DNA of 64,000 bases, taken from contig SVBD01000001.1 in the NCBI GenBank assembly GCA_015059045.1, positions 135,876 through 199,875 of the forward strand, read 5' to 3'. The notes below the pieces were generated by a model. It did no database searches. It had not been told where the DNA came from and saw only the letters and a program-made list of their open reading frames with translations. Positions 33,004 to 44,427 of the stretch are shown piece after piece. The first letter of the stretch is position 1. Each line of letters begins with the position of its first letter. The stretch is from Erysipelotrichaceae bacterium. GTDB lineage: Bacteria; Bacillota_I; Bacilli_A; RFN20; CAG-449. The position numbers were made by a program, and so were the translations under genes.

Positions 33004-35393
33004 TATTTTCTTAACTCCGCTTTAGTAACTTTATACAACTCATTCATAATTGAATCTAATGATTCAGTAATATCTTTTTCAACTAAAGTTTTAGAATCGT
33101 CTTGGAAAGTAATTTTAATTGCTACAGATTTATATCCTTCAGTCATATGTTCTCCTTGATATACATCAAAGATTTCTACATTTTTAACAATACTTCTTCC
33201 AGCTTTTTTAACGCATCTAATAATATCGTCAACTAATACATCTTTTTTAACAACAAGAGCTAGATCTCTTTTTACAGATGGATATTTAGAAATTTGAGCC
33301 ATTTTTGTTTGTGGAACTCTTAATTCTAATAATGCAGTTAAATTTAATTCTAAGACATAAGTTTCACCAATATCTTTAGAATAATTTGGGTGGATTTGTC
33401 CACAAACACCAACCACATTTTTACCAAATAAAATTTTTGTAGTTCTACCAGGGTGATAGAATTTTGAATCTAACAATCTTTCTTCTTTATAACGATTTTT
33501 TTCAATTCCTAACTGTGATAAAATCGCTTCTAAAATACCATGAATATCATAGAAATCATATGGTTCTACTCTTAACTTACCTTGAACTGTTTTATTACCA
33601 TTTAAAACAACACATAATTCTTGATAATTTGAACCTTTAGTGATTACATCACTTACTTCAAAGAACGCAAGATCTTCTTGTTGATGAGATAGGTTGTATT
33701 CAACAATATTTAGTAAAGACTTAACCAATCCTCTTCTAACTACGCTATGATCAATTGTCATTGGGTTAAAAATAACATATGGTTCGTCATTATTTAATAA
33801 TACGAATTGTTCATTTTCTGTTGGTGATACTAAAGTATAAGTTAATGCTTCATTCAATCCAGAATCAATTAAAAGATTGCGAATTCTAAATCTTTTTTCT
33901 TGGAAAGAAGTATATCCACCAACTGTAGTTACCATCAATGGTAATTGAGATTTAATAGCCCCAAATCCTACATAACGAATAATTTCTTCACTTAAATCAG
34001 CATTACATTGTAAATCAATTCTATGAGCAGGTGCAATTGCGATAAAGTTATCATGATCAACATCTATTGTATCGATGAATAATCTATTAAGAATAGTTGT
34101 AATATAATCATAATCAAAATCTGTTCCTAAGCGTTTATTGATATAACTTACAGAACATTCAATCTTAGTTGGTTCTTCATTAATTACAGAATATCTAACT
34201 GTTTCTTCAACTACTTTTGCATCTGCTAATTCAACTAATAATTCTGTAGTTAAATCTAAAACAAATCTATCTTGTTTTGGATTAATTCCTTTCAAGAAGT
34301 GAGCGCTACTATCACTAGACAAGCCAGTCCTTGTTGATGTTCTTCTTACAGTAGAACCCTTGAAATTTGCACTTTCAATTGCAATATTTTTTGTGTTAGA
34401 ATCAACTGCAACTTCTAATAACCCCATAGTTCCAGCTAAACAAACTGGTTTATCATTATTAGTTACAACTAAATCACCTTTTTCAATCTTGTATGTCTTT
34501 TCATCTAAACAAACAACTTCACCTTCAAAATCATTTTTAACAACAAAGTTGTTAGATTCTAATTTATCTAAATCATACATATGAATTGGTTGACCTGTAA
34601 GTATCATTACATAGTTACCAATATCTACAATGTTATTAATTGATCTAATTCCTTGAGCCATTAAGAAATTTTTTAACCATAGTGGTGATTCTTTAGTAAC
34701 TACATCTTTTACAACTTTAATTGAAAATTGAGGACAATCTTCAGTTGCACTAGAACATGTAATTAAAGAAGGAACTTCACTAAATTTTTTTGGTTCTGGA
34801 ATATTTAATTTACGATCAAATAATGCAGACAATTCTTTAGCTAATGAATAAATAGCAAGAATATCGCTTCTATTTGCTAGGACGTTAATATCAAAAATAA
34901 CATCATCTAAACCAAGATATTCTAATACATTTTCATTGCCAACTACAGCATCAGTTGGTAACTCTTCGATACCTTTTATTTGTTCTTCTCTTAAGAAAGT
35001 TTTATCTACACCTAATTCATTTAAAGCACAACACATACCATTAGATTCAACACCTCTAATAGTTGATTTACTAATTGTAAATTTATCTTTTGATAAAACC
35101 GCACCAGGTCTTGCAACAATCACCTTTAAGCCAACCCTTACATTTGGAGCGCCACAAACAATTTGTTCGACTCCATACTTTTCACCTTCATCGACTTGAA
35201 GAATATGTAAGTGATCACTATCTGGATGATTTTCAACTTTTAAAATTTGTCCGATTACTAAATTAGAAGCATATGCTAATCTTTCAACACCTTCAACTTC
35301 TAATCCTGCAAATGTTAATTTATGTTCGATTTCTTCTGGAGTAATACCAGTTAAATCAACAAATTTACTTAATAATTTATAACTAGCTAGCAT
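33003..35393 (-). CDS. pheT: Phenylalanine--tRNA ligase beta subunit
   Basis: 796 aa; tRNA-binding N-terminal domain, B3/B4 and B5 domains. Confidence 0.9.
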   Translation of the reverse strand: MLASYKLLSKFVDLTGITPEEIEHKLTFAGLEVEGVERLAYASNLVIGQILKVENHPDSDHLHILQVDEGEKYGVEQIVCGAPNVRVGLKVIVARPGAVLSKDKFTISKSTIRGVESNGMCCALNELGVDKTFLREEQIKGIEELPTDAVVGNENVLEYLGLDDVIFDINVLANRSDILAIYSLAKELSALFDRKLNIPEPKKFSEVPSLITCSSATEDCPQFSIKVVKDVVTKESPLWLKNFLMAQGIRSINNIVDIGNYVMILTGQPIHMYDLDKLESNNFVVKNDFEGEVVCLDEKTYKIEKGDLVVTNNDKPVCLAGTMGLLEVAVDSNTKNIAIESANFKGSTVRRTSTRTGLSSDSSAHFLKGINPKQDRFVLDLTTELLVELADAKVVEETVRYSVINEEPTKIECSVSYINKRLGTDFDYDYITTILNRLFIDTIDVDHDNFIAIAPAHRIDLQCNADLSEEIIRYVGFGAIKSQLPLMVTTVGGYTSFQEKRFRIRNLLIDSGLNEALTYTLVSPTENEQFVLLNNDEPYVIFNPMTIDHSVVRRGLVKSLLNIVEYNLSHQQEDLAFFEVSDVITKGSNYQELCVVLNGNKTVQGKLRVEPYDFYDIHGILEAILSQLGIEKNRYKEERLLDSKFYHPGRTTKILFGKNVVGVCGQIHPNYSKDIGETYVLELNLTALLELRVPQTKMAQISKYPSVKRDLALVVKKDVLVDDIIRCVKKAGRSIVKNVEIFDVYQGEHMTEGYKSVAIKITFQDDSKTLVEKDITESLDSIMNELYKVTKAELRK

Positions 35394-35398
35394 AATAA

Positions 35399-36430
35399 TT
35401 ACTCCTTATTGAATTGTTTATTAAATCTTTTATCGTTCGCGTAGAATTTTCTAATATCATCGATACCATATTTAAGCATCGCAACACGTTCAACACCAAC
35501 GCCAAAAGCAAATCCTTGATATTCATTAACATCAAATCCACACATTTTTAATACATTTGGATGAACCATACCTGCACCTAAAATTTCAATCCAACCTGTT
35601 CCTTTACAAAGTGAACATCCTTTTCCACCACATTCAAAACATGAAATATCTACTTCAACAGAAGGTTCGGTGAATGGGAAATATGAGGATCTCATTCTTA
35701 CTTCACGTTTTTCTCCAAACATTGATTTTGCAAATAATTCTAATGTAGATAATAAATTACCCATATTAATATTCTTATCAATAACTAAACCTTCAATTTG
35801 ACCAAATTGATGTGAGTGAGTTGCATCATCATCTCTTCTATAAACTTTACCTGGAGAAATAATTTTAATAGGACCAACACCATGTTTACTTAACATAACA
35901 TGCGCTTGAACAGGTGATGTTTGACTTCTCATTAAATTTGTTTCATCAATAAAGAAGCTATCTTGCATATCTCTTGCAGGATGACCTTTTGGTACGTTTA
36001 ATAATTCGAAGTTAAATTCATCAGTTTCTACTTCAGGTCCTTCGGCGATTTGATATCCCATGCCAATAAAGATTTGACTTACTTCATCAACAATAATATT
36101 AAAAGGATGTTTGCTACCACGAGAATATGATTTACCTGGTAATGTAAAATCAATAATTTCAGAATTTAATTTTTCTTGTAGTTTTGCTTCTTCCAATATT
36201 TTTTTCTTTTCTTCTAATTTATTCGAAATATCCTCTTTGATTGAATTAATTAATTGGCCAAAAGCCACTCTTTCTTCACCAGAAAGATTTCTCATATGAG
36301 ACATATAAGACATTAATTCACTTTTTTTAGATAAGTAGATATTTCTGATATTTTGTAATTCTTCTAAATGATTAATAGATTCAATATCATTTAAAGCCTT
36401 ACTATGAATTTCTTGTAATTTTTCTTTCAT
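35399..36430 (-). CDS. pheS: Phenylalanine--tRNA ligase alpha subunit
   Basis: Start moved to [10 protein letters not shown], which gives 343 aa and has an AGGAG RBS; class II aaRS motifs present. Confidence 0.9.
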   Translation of the reverse strand: MKEKLQEIHSKALNDIESINHLEELQNIRNIYLSKKSELMSYMSHMRNLSGEERVAFGQLINSIKEDISNKLEEKKKILEEAKLQEKLNSEIIDFTLPGKSYSRGSKHPFNIIVDEVSQIFIGMGYQIAEGPEVETDEFNFELLNVPKGHPARDMQDSFFIDETNLMRSQTSPVQAHVMLSKHGVGPIKIISPGKVYRRDDDATHSHQFGQIEGLVIDKNINMGNLLSTLELFAKSMFGEKREVRMRSSYFPFTEPSVEVDISCFECGGKGCSLCKGTGWIEILGAGMVHPNVLKMCGFDVNEYQGFAFGVGVERVAMLKYGIDDIRKFYANDKRFNKQFNKE

Positions 36431-36534
36431 ACCAAAACTCCTTTTAACACTAATTTTAATTATGTTATTTTCATATGTTAAAGTCAATTTATTTAACTCA
36501 ATTATTATAAAAATAATATTAAAATTAATATTAA

Positions 36535-36575
36535 AAAATAAAAAGATCCTCATTTTTCATTTCTAAATGAGGAAT
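36535..36575. terminator. Bidirectional hairpin terminator at the 3' end of the sigG-like gene
   Basis: CCTCATTT...AAATGAGG hairpin flanked by A/T runs on both sides. Confidence 0.5.
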
Positions 36576-37342
36576 TTTTTTAAAGTACTTAATGCATTTT
36601 TCTCTAATCTACTAACTTGTGCTTGAGATATTTTGTAATATTTCGCGATTTCAACTTGAGACTTTCCTTCATAGTATCTTTTATTGATTATATCTCTTTC
36701 CATCGCATTTAATGCTTCTAATCCTTGATTAAGCGAAAGATGATTAATCATCTTTTCATATGACTGATTATTATCAGAAACAACATCTTGAAGTAATATC
36801 GATTGATCAAAATCATTATATAATGGTTCACTCAAAGATGATATTGGAAGAGTTGATTCTATCGCCTCTTGAATTTGATATAAATTTACATTCAACTTTT
36901 TTGCCATATATTCATTTGTTGGAGATATACCAAATTCGTTAATATACTTTTCTTTTTCTTTCATATAATGATACGCTGTATCCTTTATTTGACGGGATAT
37001 TCTTAGCATAGTTGAATCTCTCAAATACCTTCTAATTTCACCTTCAATCATTGGTACTGCATATGTTGAAAACTTAACATCTAAATCCAAATCAAAATTT
37101 TCAATTGCTTTTAATAATCCTAATGAGCCAATTTGAAATAAATCATTGCATTGTTCACTTCTTTTACCATACTTATTTACTATAGATAAAACCAACTTTA
37201 AATTACCATTAACAAGGATATCTAAGTCTTCTTTATTACCTTCTTGACGGTATTTTTTCAAATATTCTAACGACTGCTCACTTGATAACACTTTTAATTT
37301 ATTTGTATCAATTCCAACAATTTCTACTTTGTTTTTTCCCAT
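36563..37342 (-). CDS. sigG: Sporulation sigma factor (SigG/SigF-type)
   Basis: 259 aa; sigma-70 regions 2-4; located after spoIIGA-sigE as in Bacilli/Clostridia. Confidence 0.7.
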   Translation of the reverse strand: MGKNKVEIVGIDTNKLKVLSSEQSLEYLKKYRQEGNKEDLDILVNGNLKLVLSIVNKYGKRSEQCNDLFQIGSLGLLKAIENFDLDLDVKFSTYAVPMIEGEIRRYLRDSTMLRISRQIKDTAYHYMKEKEKYINEFGISPTNEYMAKKLNVNLYQIQEAIESTLPISSLSEPLYNDFDQSILLQDVVSDNNQSYEKMINHLSLNQGLEALNAMERDIINKRYYEGKSQVEIAKYYKISQAQVSRLEKNALSTLKKFLI

Positions 37343-37414
37343 AAAATTCTCCTAATTTTAATATGGGCAAAAATAAAAAAATTACACAAAAAAAAGAAGC
37401 ATATGCTCCTTTTA

Positions 37415-37957
37415 TTAAATAAATAAATCAGTTTTTGAAGTAAATGGACTACTTACTGGTTCGTTGATTTTATCACAAGCAGAAAATATTGCGCTTACAA
37501 GGTCTTGAAAATATCTTTTCTTAACATTTTTGAAGACAACTTTTGTAGGTTTAAGTATATTAGTTGGATATTCAAACCAGACAACTTTTTTTCTAATAGA
37601 AAAATATAAAGTCAAAAATAAAAGTGAAAGAACCAAAAAGACTGCTCCAGAACCAATTAAGATAGGTTTAATTAAATCAAACATAGTTTTATCATACATG
37701 AAAAAATATGCAATTCCACCACCTACACCTAAAGTAAAAAATAGGAAAATTAATGATAATGCCAATAATAATTTATTTTTAGAGAATTGATATCTAACTG
37801 CGGAAATTTTATCGATTTGAATAATTTTCTTAGTTTCAATTTTTCTGAATTTACGCTTTTTTCCATTTACAATGTAAATTCTTTTGTTACTAACCAAAAT
37901 AGGATATAAATCTCTAACAATTATTTCGTCTTTAGTAGCTAAAACTTGTTCTTTCAT
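37415..37957 (-). CDS. Hypothetical membrane protein
   Basis: 180 aa, 2-3 TM. Confidence 0.35.
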   Translation of the reverse strand: MKEQVLATKDEIIVRDLYPILVSNKRIYIVNGKKRKFRKIETKKIIQIDKISAVRYQFSKNKLLLALSLIFLFFTLGVGGGIAYFFMYDKTMFDLIKPILIGSGAVFLVLSLLFLTLYFSIRKKVVWFEYPTNILKPTKVVFKNVKKRYFQDLVSAIFSACDKINEPVSSPFTSKTDLFI

Positions 37958-38025
37958 TTTGTATCACCTTGTAATTATAATAATTTATAATCAAATATAT
38001 TTCAATTCTAATGATAAAAAGAAAT

Positions 38026-38262
38026 TTATTTTATTGTAAAACAATATATATTGTCTTCTAATTTTTCTCTTGTTCCACTTAATGCATATACATATCCACT
38101 TAAAAAATCAACGATTCGACATTTAGAAATATTAGAACTATTAGTCAAATTAATTATTATTTGATGATGTTTTTTTAATCCTTCAAGTAATGAATGTATA
38201 TCAGTCTCACCATTAACTAAAAATACTTTAGGCATTAATTCATTACTTTTAATTTTACTCAT
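38026..38262 (-). CDS. Hypothetical small protein
   Basis: 78 aa ORF, 8-nt overlap with sigE. Confidence 0.3.
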   Translation of the reverse strand: MSKIKSNELMPKVFLVNGETDIHSLLEGLKKHHQIIINLTNSSNISKCRIVDFLSGYVYALSGTREKLEDNIYCFTIK

Positions 38263-38953
38263 GATTTTTCATCGTTTTCTTTAATTTATTAAGTATTCTT
38301 TTTTCTAAACGAGATATGTAAGATTGTGAAATTGATAACTTATCACTTGTTTCTTTTTGAGTTAATTCCTCATGTCCATCTAGTCCAAATCTCATTACTA
38401 AAATTTCTTTTTCTCTAGGTTTTAATTTATCTATCGCATCGTTCAATTGATTAATAATTTCTTCTTTATCTAATGAATCATAAATATTTTCATTTTGATC
38501 GTATAAAATATCTTCTAAAAGCAGTTCATTACCATCATAATCAACCTTTAATGGTTCATCTAATGATATTTCTACTCTTGCTTTTGATTTTTTTCTTAAA
38601 TACATTAGTATTTCATTTTCTATACATCGCGATGCATATGTTGCCAATTTAATATTTTTATCCAATTTAAATGTATTAATTGCTTTAATTAAACCTAACG
38701 TTCCAATTGAAATTAAATCTTCTAAATTACTTATATTTGTATCATATCTTTTTGCAACATATACTACTAATCTTAAGTTGTGCTCTATTAAAATATTTCT
38801 AGATTTTAAATCACCTTTTTCAAATTGACTTACATGATAATCTTCTTCCTCTTTTGACAAAGGTGGAAGTAAATTATCTTTTCCATTTATATAGAAAGTA
38901 GTTAGATTAATATTTAATTTTTTTAGTAATACATCAGTTATTTTATTTATCAT
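38255..38953 (-). CDS. sigE: Sporulation sigma factor SigE (pro-sigma-E)
   Basis: 232 aa; sigma-70 regions 2/4; immediately downstream of spoIIGA. Confidence 0.75.
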   Translation of the reverse strand: MINKITDVLLKKLNINLTTFYINGKDNLLPPLSKEEEDYHVSQFEKGDLKSRNILIEHNLRLVVYVAKRYDTNISNLEDLISIGTLGLIKAINTFKLDKNIKLATYASRCIENEILMYLRKKSKARVEISLDEPLKVDYDGNELLLEDILYDQNENIYDSLDKEEIINQLNDAIDKLKPREKEILVMRFGLDGHEELTQKETSDKLSISQSYISRLEKRILNKLKKTMKNHE

Positions 38954-38956
38954 AAA

Positions 38957-39763
38957 TTACCTCAAATATGCATTTAATAAAACTTCACAACCATTGAAAT
39001 CTTTAATTTCATTTATTAAAACAACATAGACAAAATATTCTTCATTCGAAGAATTAATACTAATTAACGATTTGTACGCTTCATATTTATCTGAACCAGA
39101 TATTGTTGACACTTCAATCATTGTGGAGTTTATTTTAGGAAAAAGCCAGGAGGAATCGATACAAAATATAACTGGGACATTATCATATTTAAGCGTATTC
39201 CCACTGTCAAAGTATGCTTTATAAGCAATTTTCTGTTCATTATTGCTAATAATGCACGTAGTTTTATAAACATGCAAATGAAATAAAGCGTCAACAATTC
39301 TTGTTGAAATATACATAATTACCCCAAATAGAGGGATTAATAAAGCGTAAATAATTCCAATTGGACTATTTATAGCTAGATAGATATTTAATAAGAATAA
39401 ATAATTTGAGATGCTAGAAAAGAATAAATTTATCGTAAAAAAGACAATTGAAAAAATTACAAATTTTATTGTTCCTTTTTTGCTTATTAATTTAAATATC
39501 GTCATATTTATTATAAAAAAACAAAATAAGGATACAATTAATGAAAATTTAATAGTAAAAAATAAAATGGAATTTGCAATAATTAAAGCTATTTTCACGC
39601 TCCTTTTTTCGCGATATGTAAGTAGTAATTCCAAACCATAAATACATACCATAATTTCAATTACCAATAACACCAGACTTAAATCTATGTAGACGTCCAA
39701 AGTGATCACCTTAAATATAGTAACACAAAAAAAGTGCGAACTTTGTCGCACTTTGATATCCAT
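38957..39763 (-). CDS. spoIIGA: Sigma-E processing peptidase SpoIIGA-like
   Basis: 268 aa; 5 N-terminal TM helices and a C-terminal domain with a DSGN aspartic protease motif; between ftsZ and sigE. Confidence 0.65.
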   Translation of the reverse strand: MDIKVRQSSHFFCVTIFKVITLDVYIDLSLVLLVIEIMVCIYGLELLLTYREKRSVKIALIIANSILFFTIKFSLIVSLFCFFIINMTIFKLISKKGTIKFVIFSIVFFTINLFFSSISNYLFLLNIYLAINSPIGIIYALLIPLFGVIMYISTRIVDALFHLHVYKTTCIISNNEQKIAYKAYFDSGNTLKYDNVPVIFCIDSSWLFPKINSTMIEVSTISGSDKYEAYKSLISINSSNEEYFVYVVLINEIKDFNGCEVLLNAYLR

Positions 39764-39772
39764 AAATTTAAA

Positions 39773-40873
39773 TTAATCTTCGTTTTTCTTAAATAGAGAA
39801 TTGAAGAAATTTGGAAGAATACTTCCACTTTCTTGGTGCTGTTCTTTTTCTTCAACTTCTTCTTCAACTTGTGGTTTTGCTATACGAGTATTGATTTGTG
39901 GTTGTTCAGGAATTGTGTATTCTTCATCAAAATCAGTAGCAATAACACTAATCAACATTTGATCATTTAATTCAGGGTTTTGTTGAACACCAAAAATAAT
40001 GTTAACATTTGCGCCCGCAGCTTCAGTAATATAAGAAATTGCTTCTTGAGTTTCGTCAAGTGTTACTCCATTTCCACCAGTTACATTAATGATTGCACTA
40101 TGAGCACCTTTAATTGATGCTTCTAGTAAAGGCGAAGCAATTGCATTTGTCGCAGCTTCCATAGCTTTTCTTTCACCGCTACCCATACCGAATCCAATTA
40201 AAGCAATACCTTTGTTCATTAATGTAGCTTTAACATCTGCAAAGTCTAAATTAATTAATCCTGGCAATAAAATTAAATCAGTAATTGTTTTAACTGACTG
40301 AGCAAGTACTCTATCAGATTCAGCAAACGCCTCAGCGATTGATTTATTACCATTCATCATCATTAATTTATCATTAGAAACAATAATAATTGAATCAACA
40401 CATTGTTTTAATTCATTTAATCCTTCAACAGCTCGTGCTTTTCTAGTATTACCTTCGAATGTAAATGGTCTTGTTACAATTGCAACAGTTAAAGCTCCAC
40501 AATCCTTAGCTACTTTTGCAATTACTGGAGCCGCACCAGTACCAGTACCACCACCCATACCAGCAGCAATGAATACCATATTCGCACCTTCACAAATTTC
40601 ACGAAGATCATCAATACTTGCTTCAGCAGCATTTCTTCCAATCTCAGGATTTCCTCCAGCACCTAAACCTTTAGTATAATCCTTTCCTAAAACATATTTA
40701 TGTTCCGCTCTAGATGTAGCTAAAGCTTGTGCATCTGTGTTAACAACCCAGAAATCAATATTTGCAATATTTTCTTCAATCATTTGGTTGACTGCATTAT
40801 TACCAGCGCCACCAACACCGATAACTACAATTTTCGCATATGATTCATATGCATCAAAATTAAATTCTTGCAT
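39773..40873 (-). CDS. ftsZ: Cell division protein FtsZ
   Basis: 366 aa; tubulin signature GGGTGTGAAPVIA. Confidence 0.95.
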   Translation of the reverse strand: MQEFNFDAYESYAKIVVIGVGGAGNNAVNQMIEENIANIDFWVVNTDAQALATSRAEHKYVLGKDYTKGLGAGGNPEIGRNAAEASIDDLREICEGANMVFIAAGMGGGTGTGAAPVIAKVAKDCGALTVAIVTRPFTFEGNTRKARAVEGLNELKQCVDSIIIVSNDKLMMMNGNKSIAEAFAESDRVLAQSVKTITDLILLPGLINLDFADVKATLMNKGIALIGFGMGSGERKAMEAATNAIASPLLEASIKGAHSAIINVTGGNGVTLDETQEAISYITEAAGANVNIIFGVQQNPELNDQMLISVIATDFDEEYTIPEQPQINTRIAKPQVEEEVEEKEQHQESGSILPNFFNSLFKKNED

Positions 40874-40885
40874 TTTACATTCCTC

Positions 40886-42100
40886 CTATAATTCTTCATC
40901 AAAGTTATATTGTGTTAAATTCTTCTTGTTTGAAGTTTTCGGCATCACTCTTGAAATTGTTGTGTTTGTAAGTTCATCAATTTCTTCATTAATTAAATGG
41001 ACACCAGCATAATATATTAAGCCTAAACAGTTTTGATAAGTTTTATCTCTTGCCCCAAAACTATATGGCGAATAGTCAATAACTTGAAGTTCTAATTTTT
41101 TCTCTAAAATATTTTTGAAATTATTTAATTTACTACCTCCCCCTGTAATTACAATTGGAAGGTATCTTTGATCAGCACTACTCCAAGAAGCAATTTGCTT
41201 TTTAATCGCTACGATAAGAGGATCAAGAGCATCATTAATTACTTTAGCTAAATCATCTAAAGAAATATTCTTATAAATATTTACATTAAATGAAGGTGAT
41301 TTATCTATTCCATATTTTTCTTTTAACATTTTTGCTTCTTTTAATGAAATATCAAATCTATCAGCGATACATTGAGTAATACGATCCGAACCAAATTTGA
41401 AACAAGAGTTTTGATATACCAAAGTATTTTGAGAAATTTGAGTTAAAGTAGTAATTTCACTACCAAAATTCAATAAGTAATATGATGAAGGAATATCATC
41501 TTCTATCGACATATATAAACTAGAAGAATATGGCGCAATAACTAATTGTTGAATAAATAATCCAGCATTTTCAATTGCTTTTACATAACCATTAACAAGG
41601 CTATCATCCAAAGCAAAAATAGTGGCATGAACTGTTAATGTTGATGAAATTTTGCCAATAGGTGGAACTTGAGAAAACTCTTTATTATCCAAAACAAATT
41701 GATAAGGAACAATATCAACGATTCTTAATCCTTCGCTGAATCGATATTTTCTAAGTTGACTAATTGCATTATTTACATCAATTTGAACAACAACATTATC
41801 TACTCCAATTGTATTAGTTGTACTACTTTCTCTACAGAAAACCAATCCCATAGGAGGTAAACAAACAATTACTTCTTTTACTTTAATTTGTAAAGTTTCA
41901 TTTAATGCATTAATAACACCTTTAACCGCGTTAGTAACTTGATCCATATCAGTTACTATTCCACCATCAAGAGCGTTAATTGAAGTTTCTAATGCATGTA
42001 AAACGTGAACTTTGTCATCTTGGCAATATCCGTAGACTAAGCGAACTGATTTTGATGTAATTTCTATAGCTGCATAACGTTTATTTTTATCTTTTGACAT
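40886..42100 (-). CDS. ftsA: Cell division protein FtsA
   Basis: 404 aa actin-like ATPase; adjacent to ftsZ. Confidence 0.9.
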   Translation of the reverse strand: MSKDKNKRYAAIEITSKSVRLVYGYCQDDKVHVLHALETSINALDGGIVTDMDQVTNAVKGVINALNETLQIKVKEVIVCLPPMGLVFCRESSTTNTIGVDNVVVQIDVNNAISQLRKYRFSEGLRIVDIVPYQFVLDNKEFSQVPPIGKISSTLTVHATIFALDDSLVNGYVKAIENAGLFIQQLVIAPYSSSLYMSIEDDIPSSYYLLNFGSEITTLTQISQNTLVYQNSCFKFGSDRITQCIADRFDISLKEAKMLKEKYGIDKSPSFNVNIYKNISLDDLAKVINDALDPLIVAIKKQIASWSSADQRYLPIVITGGGSKLNNFKNILEKKLELQVIDYSPYSFGARDKTYQNCLGLIYYAGVHLINEEIDELTNTTISRVMPKTSNKKNLTQYNFDEEL

Positions 42101-42114
42101 CTAAATCCCCCTCC

Positions 42115-42987
42115 TTAATTATTCGGACTAGCAATATAATTTGCAGTATTAGTACCAAATTCATATTCAATTTTAACAAGAATTGAATAATATTCAAATG
42201 ATGTTAGATTATTTTGATATTTTTTTATTACTAATCCACTATCATTTTTCGACAAAAATTCATTTATATATCTTTGATGAGCCTCTTTATCTATCGCATA
42301 AGATATATCATCGATATTTTTGATGTTATTTGGTAATGTGATTTTTACTTCATATGTATATTCATCAAAATAGAAAAATGAAATATTTTTCTCATCATAA
42401 ATATTATAATATTTTATTTTATTTCTAAATTCTTCAGATAATGAAAAATAAATATCAGAAAATAATAAGATATCTTCTTCTGAAAGTTTAAATTCATTTA
42501 GTGAAACTGGTAATTCCATGCACAAATCAACAAATCTTTCAGGTATTGATGGAGATAAAATAAAATTACTTTCCTTAAATGTTCCATCGTTGAAATAATA
42601 ATTTCCGTCATTTGTTCTTAAAACCGGAGTGATTTCTTCAATTTCAATATTTAAACCAAAAATATTATTATTAATTTTTGCTTCTTTAATTAATGGATGA
42701 TTATTTAATAAATTTAAACACTCATTTTCATCAATTAGAAAAAGACTTGTATCTCTATCAATATGACAAATATCTAATACCTCTTCTTCATTCAAATTCA
42801 AATTACCTTGCAAACGATAATTATTTACTTGAGACAATGGTGTAAATAAATAGGCAAAAAGCAACGCAAAAACAATTCCAATGAAACTTATTTTGGAAAT
42901 TAATCGTCTGTTATATTTCTTTTTCATTTCTAATAATTGTTCTTCAAATGTGTTGTTCTTTTTTGCTTTTTCGTTCATATTCACCAT
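42115..42987 (-). CDS. divIB: Cell division protein DivIB/FtsQ
   Basis: 290 aa; single N-terminal TM followed by a POTRA-like domain; upstream of ftsA. Confidence 0.65.
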   Translation of the reverse strand: MVNMNEKAKKNNTFEEQLLEMKKKYNRRLISKISFIGIVFALLFAYLFTPLSQVNNYRLQGNLNLNEEEVLDICHIDRDTSLFLIDENECLNLLNNHPLIKEAKINNNIFGLNIEIEEITPVLRTNDGNYYFNDGTFKESNFILSPSIPERFVDLCMELPVSLNEFKLSEEDILLFSDIYFSLSEEFRNKIKYYNIYDEKNISFFYFDEYTYEVKITLPNNIKNIDDISYAIDKEAHQRYINEFLSKNDSGLVIKKYQNNLTSFEYYSILVKIEYEFGTNTANYIASPNN

Positions 42988-43829
42988 TAATAAATTATTT
43001 TAATTTCTGTTTCAATAAATAATCCGATATTATTATATAATACTTCTTGTATCCTTTCAATTAATTTAACTAGATTTAGAATATCTAAATCTTTTCTCAA
43101 CTCGATAAAATTTTTATGAGTTTGACAAATAGAATATCCATTATATTCAGTAAAGTTTACATATTTATCAATCAGTTGATAAACTTTTATATTACTTAGA
43201 TTTTTAAATGTTGATCCTAAGCTATGAATTTGAGGCTGATTTTTTATTCGATAATTGATTGCAAGCAATTTATTTTTCAATAATTCATTAAAGCTTTTTC
43301 TTTTTACTTTAAATATCGCTTTATAAATAAAATAACCTTCATCTAATATTTTTATATTAATTTTACGGTAATTTAATTCTACTTCCTCTTTTTTTATAAT
43401 TCTAAAATTACCCTGTTTATCTATTATTAAAAGATATAATAAATTATCTGATATACATTGATCTAAAAAAGATGCATTATTAAAGATACTACCACCTAAT
43501 AAACCTGGAATTGTCATTAATTTTTCAAATCCTGAAATACCATTATTATTACATATATTACCCAGTATGCTTAGCGGCATACCAGAATCGACTACAATTA
43601 AATTTTTATATATTTTCATTTCTTTAGAAATGAACTTAATAATTTTGATTTCTTTATATTTGAAGCAAAATAATGTTTTGGAGGTATTACCTATAAATAA
43701 ATAACCACCTTCTTTTATAATGTTTTTAATCAAAGCAATTGAAGTAGTTTCTATATAAAATTTACATATGGCATCATTTTTAGCGTATGAAATTTCCTTT
43801 AAATTATATTCTCTTTGATAATTAATCAT
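42987..43829 (-). CDS. murB: UDP-N-acetylenolpyruvoylglucosamine reductase MurB-like
   Basis: 280 aa; FAD-binding region resembling MurB ([15 protein letters not shown]). Confidence 0.55.
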   Translation of the reverse strand: MINYQREYNLKEISYAKNDAICKFYIETTSIALIKNIIKEGGYLFIGNTSKTLFCFKYKEIKIIKFISKEMKIYKNLIVVDSGMPLSILGNICNNNGISGFEKLMTIPGLLGGSIFNNASFLDQCISDNLLYLLIIDKQGNFRIIKKEEVELNYRKINIKILDEGYFIYKAIFKVKRKSFNELLKNKLLAINYRIKNQPQIHSLGSTFKNLSNIKVYQLIDKYVNFTEYNGYSICQTHKNFIELRKDLDILNLVKLIERIQEVLYNNIGLFIETEIKIIY

Positions 43830-44418
43830 TTTCTACCTCATTAATTATTTTATCAATTGGATTAATATCAATTTTATATGTGTTTTTTCTTTTCATTGAA
43901 ACAATATGCGCCTCAATATTTTCTTTTGTAAAATCCTTTTCTTTAATTATCGAAATATATTTTTCAAAATATTTTGCATTTTTTTCTTGATGATTGTTTT
44001 TAACATATGGAGAAGGAATACAAACTATTTCTACACCACTTTTTAATACTTCTAATAATGTAGTTGCACCAGCTCTTGTAAATACTAAATCATAATATTC
44101 TAATTCGTACTTCATATTAATTTTTGATTTTACTTTAATATATATTGGGTTTTTATCTCTTAATTCTATAAAACTATTTTGTTTGCCTGATGAACGTCCA
44201 TTTAAAGGGAAAAATAGGTGACAATAATGAGTAGCGTCCTTTTCTATAGCCCATATTTTTATAGTATTTGCTATTATTTCTATAGCGTTATTAGATAATT
44301 CAAGATAATTATCTTTACACTTAATAAATTCTAAATAGATTTCTTTTGGAAATCTTCTTTTCATTTCTTCATCATTAAAAGTATTTTCACCATACATGCT
44401 TAATAATTTATTTTTCAT
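43822..44418 (-). CDS. Glycosyltransferase family 28 C-terminal domain protein (MurG C-domain only)
   Basis: 198 aa; [42 protein letters not shown] matches the MurG C-terminal UDP-GlcNAc-binding region; the N-terminal half of MurG is absent. Confidence 0.55.
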   Translation of the reverse strand: MKNKLLSMYGENTFNDEEMKRRFPKEIYLEFIKCKDNYLELSNNAIEIIANTIKIWAIEKDATHYCHLFFPLNGRSSGKQNSFIELRDKNPIYIKVKSKINMKYELEYYDLVFTRAGATTLLEVLKSGVEIVCIPSPYVKNNHQEKNAKYFEKYISIIKEKDFTKENIEAHIVSMKRKNTYKIDINPIDKIINEVEND

Positions 44419-44427
44419 GTTTACCTC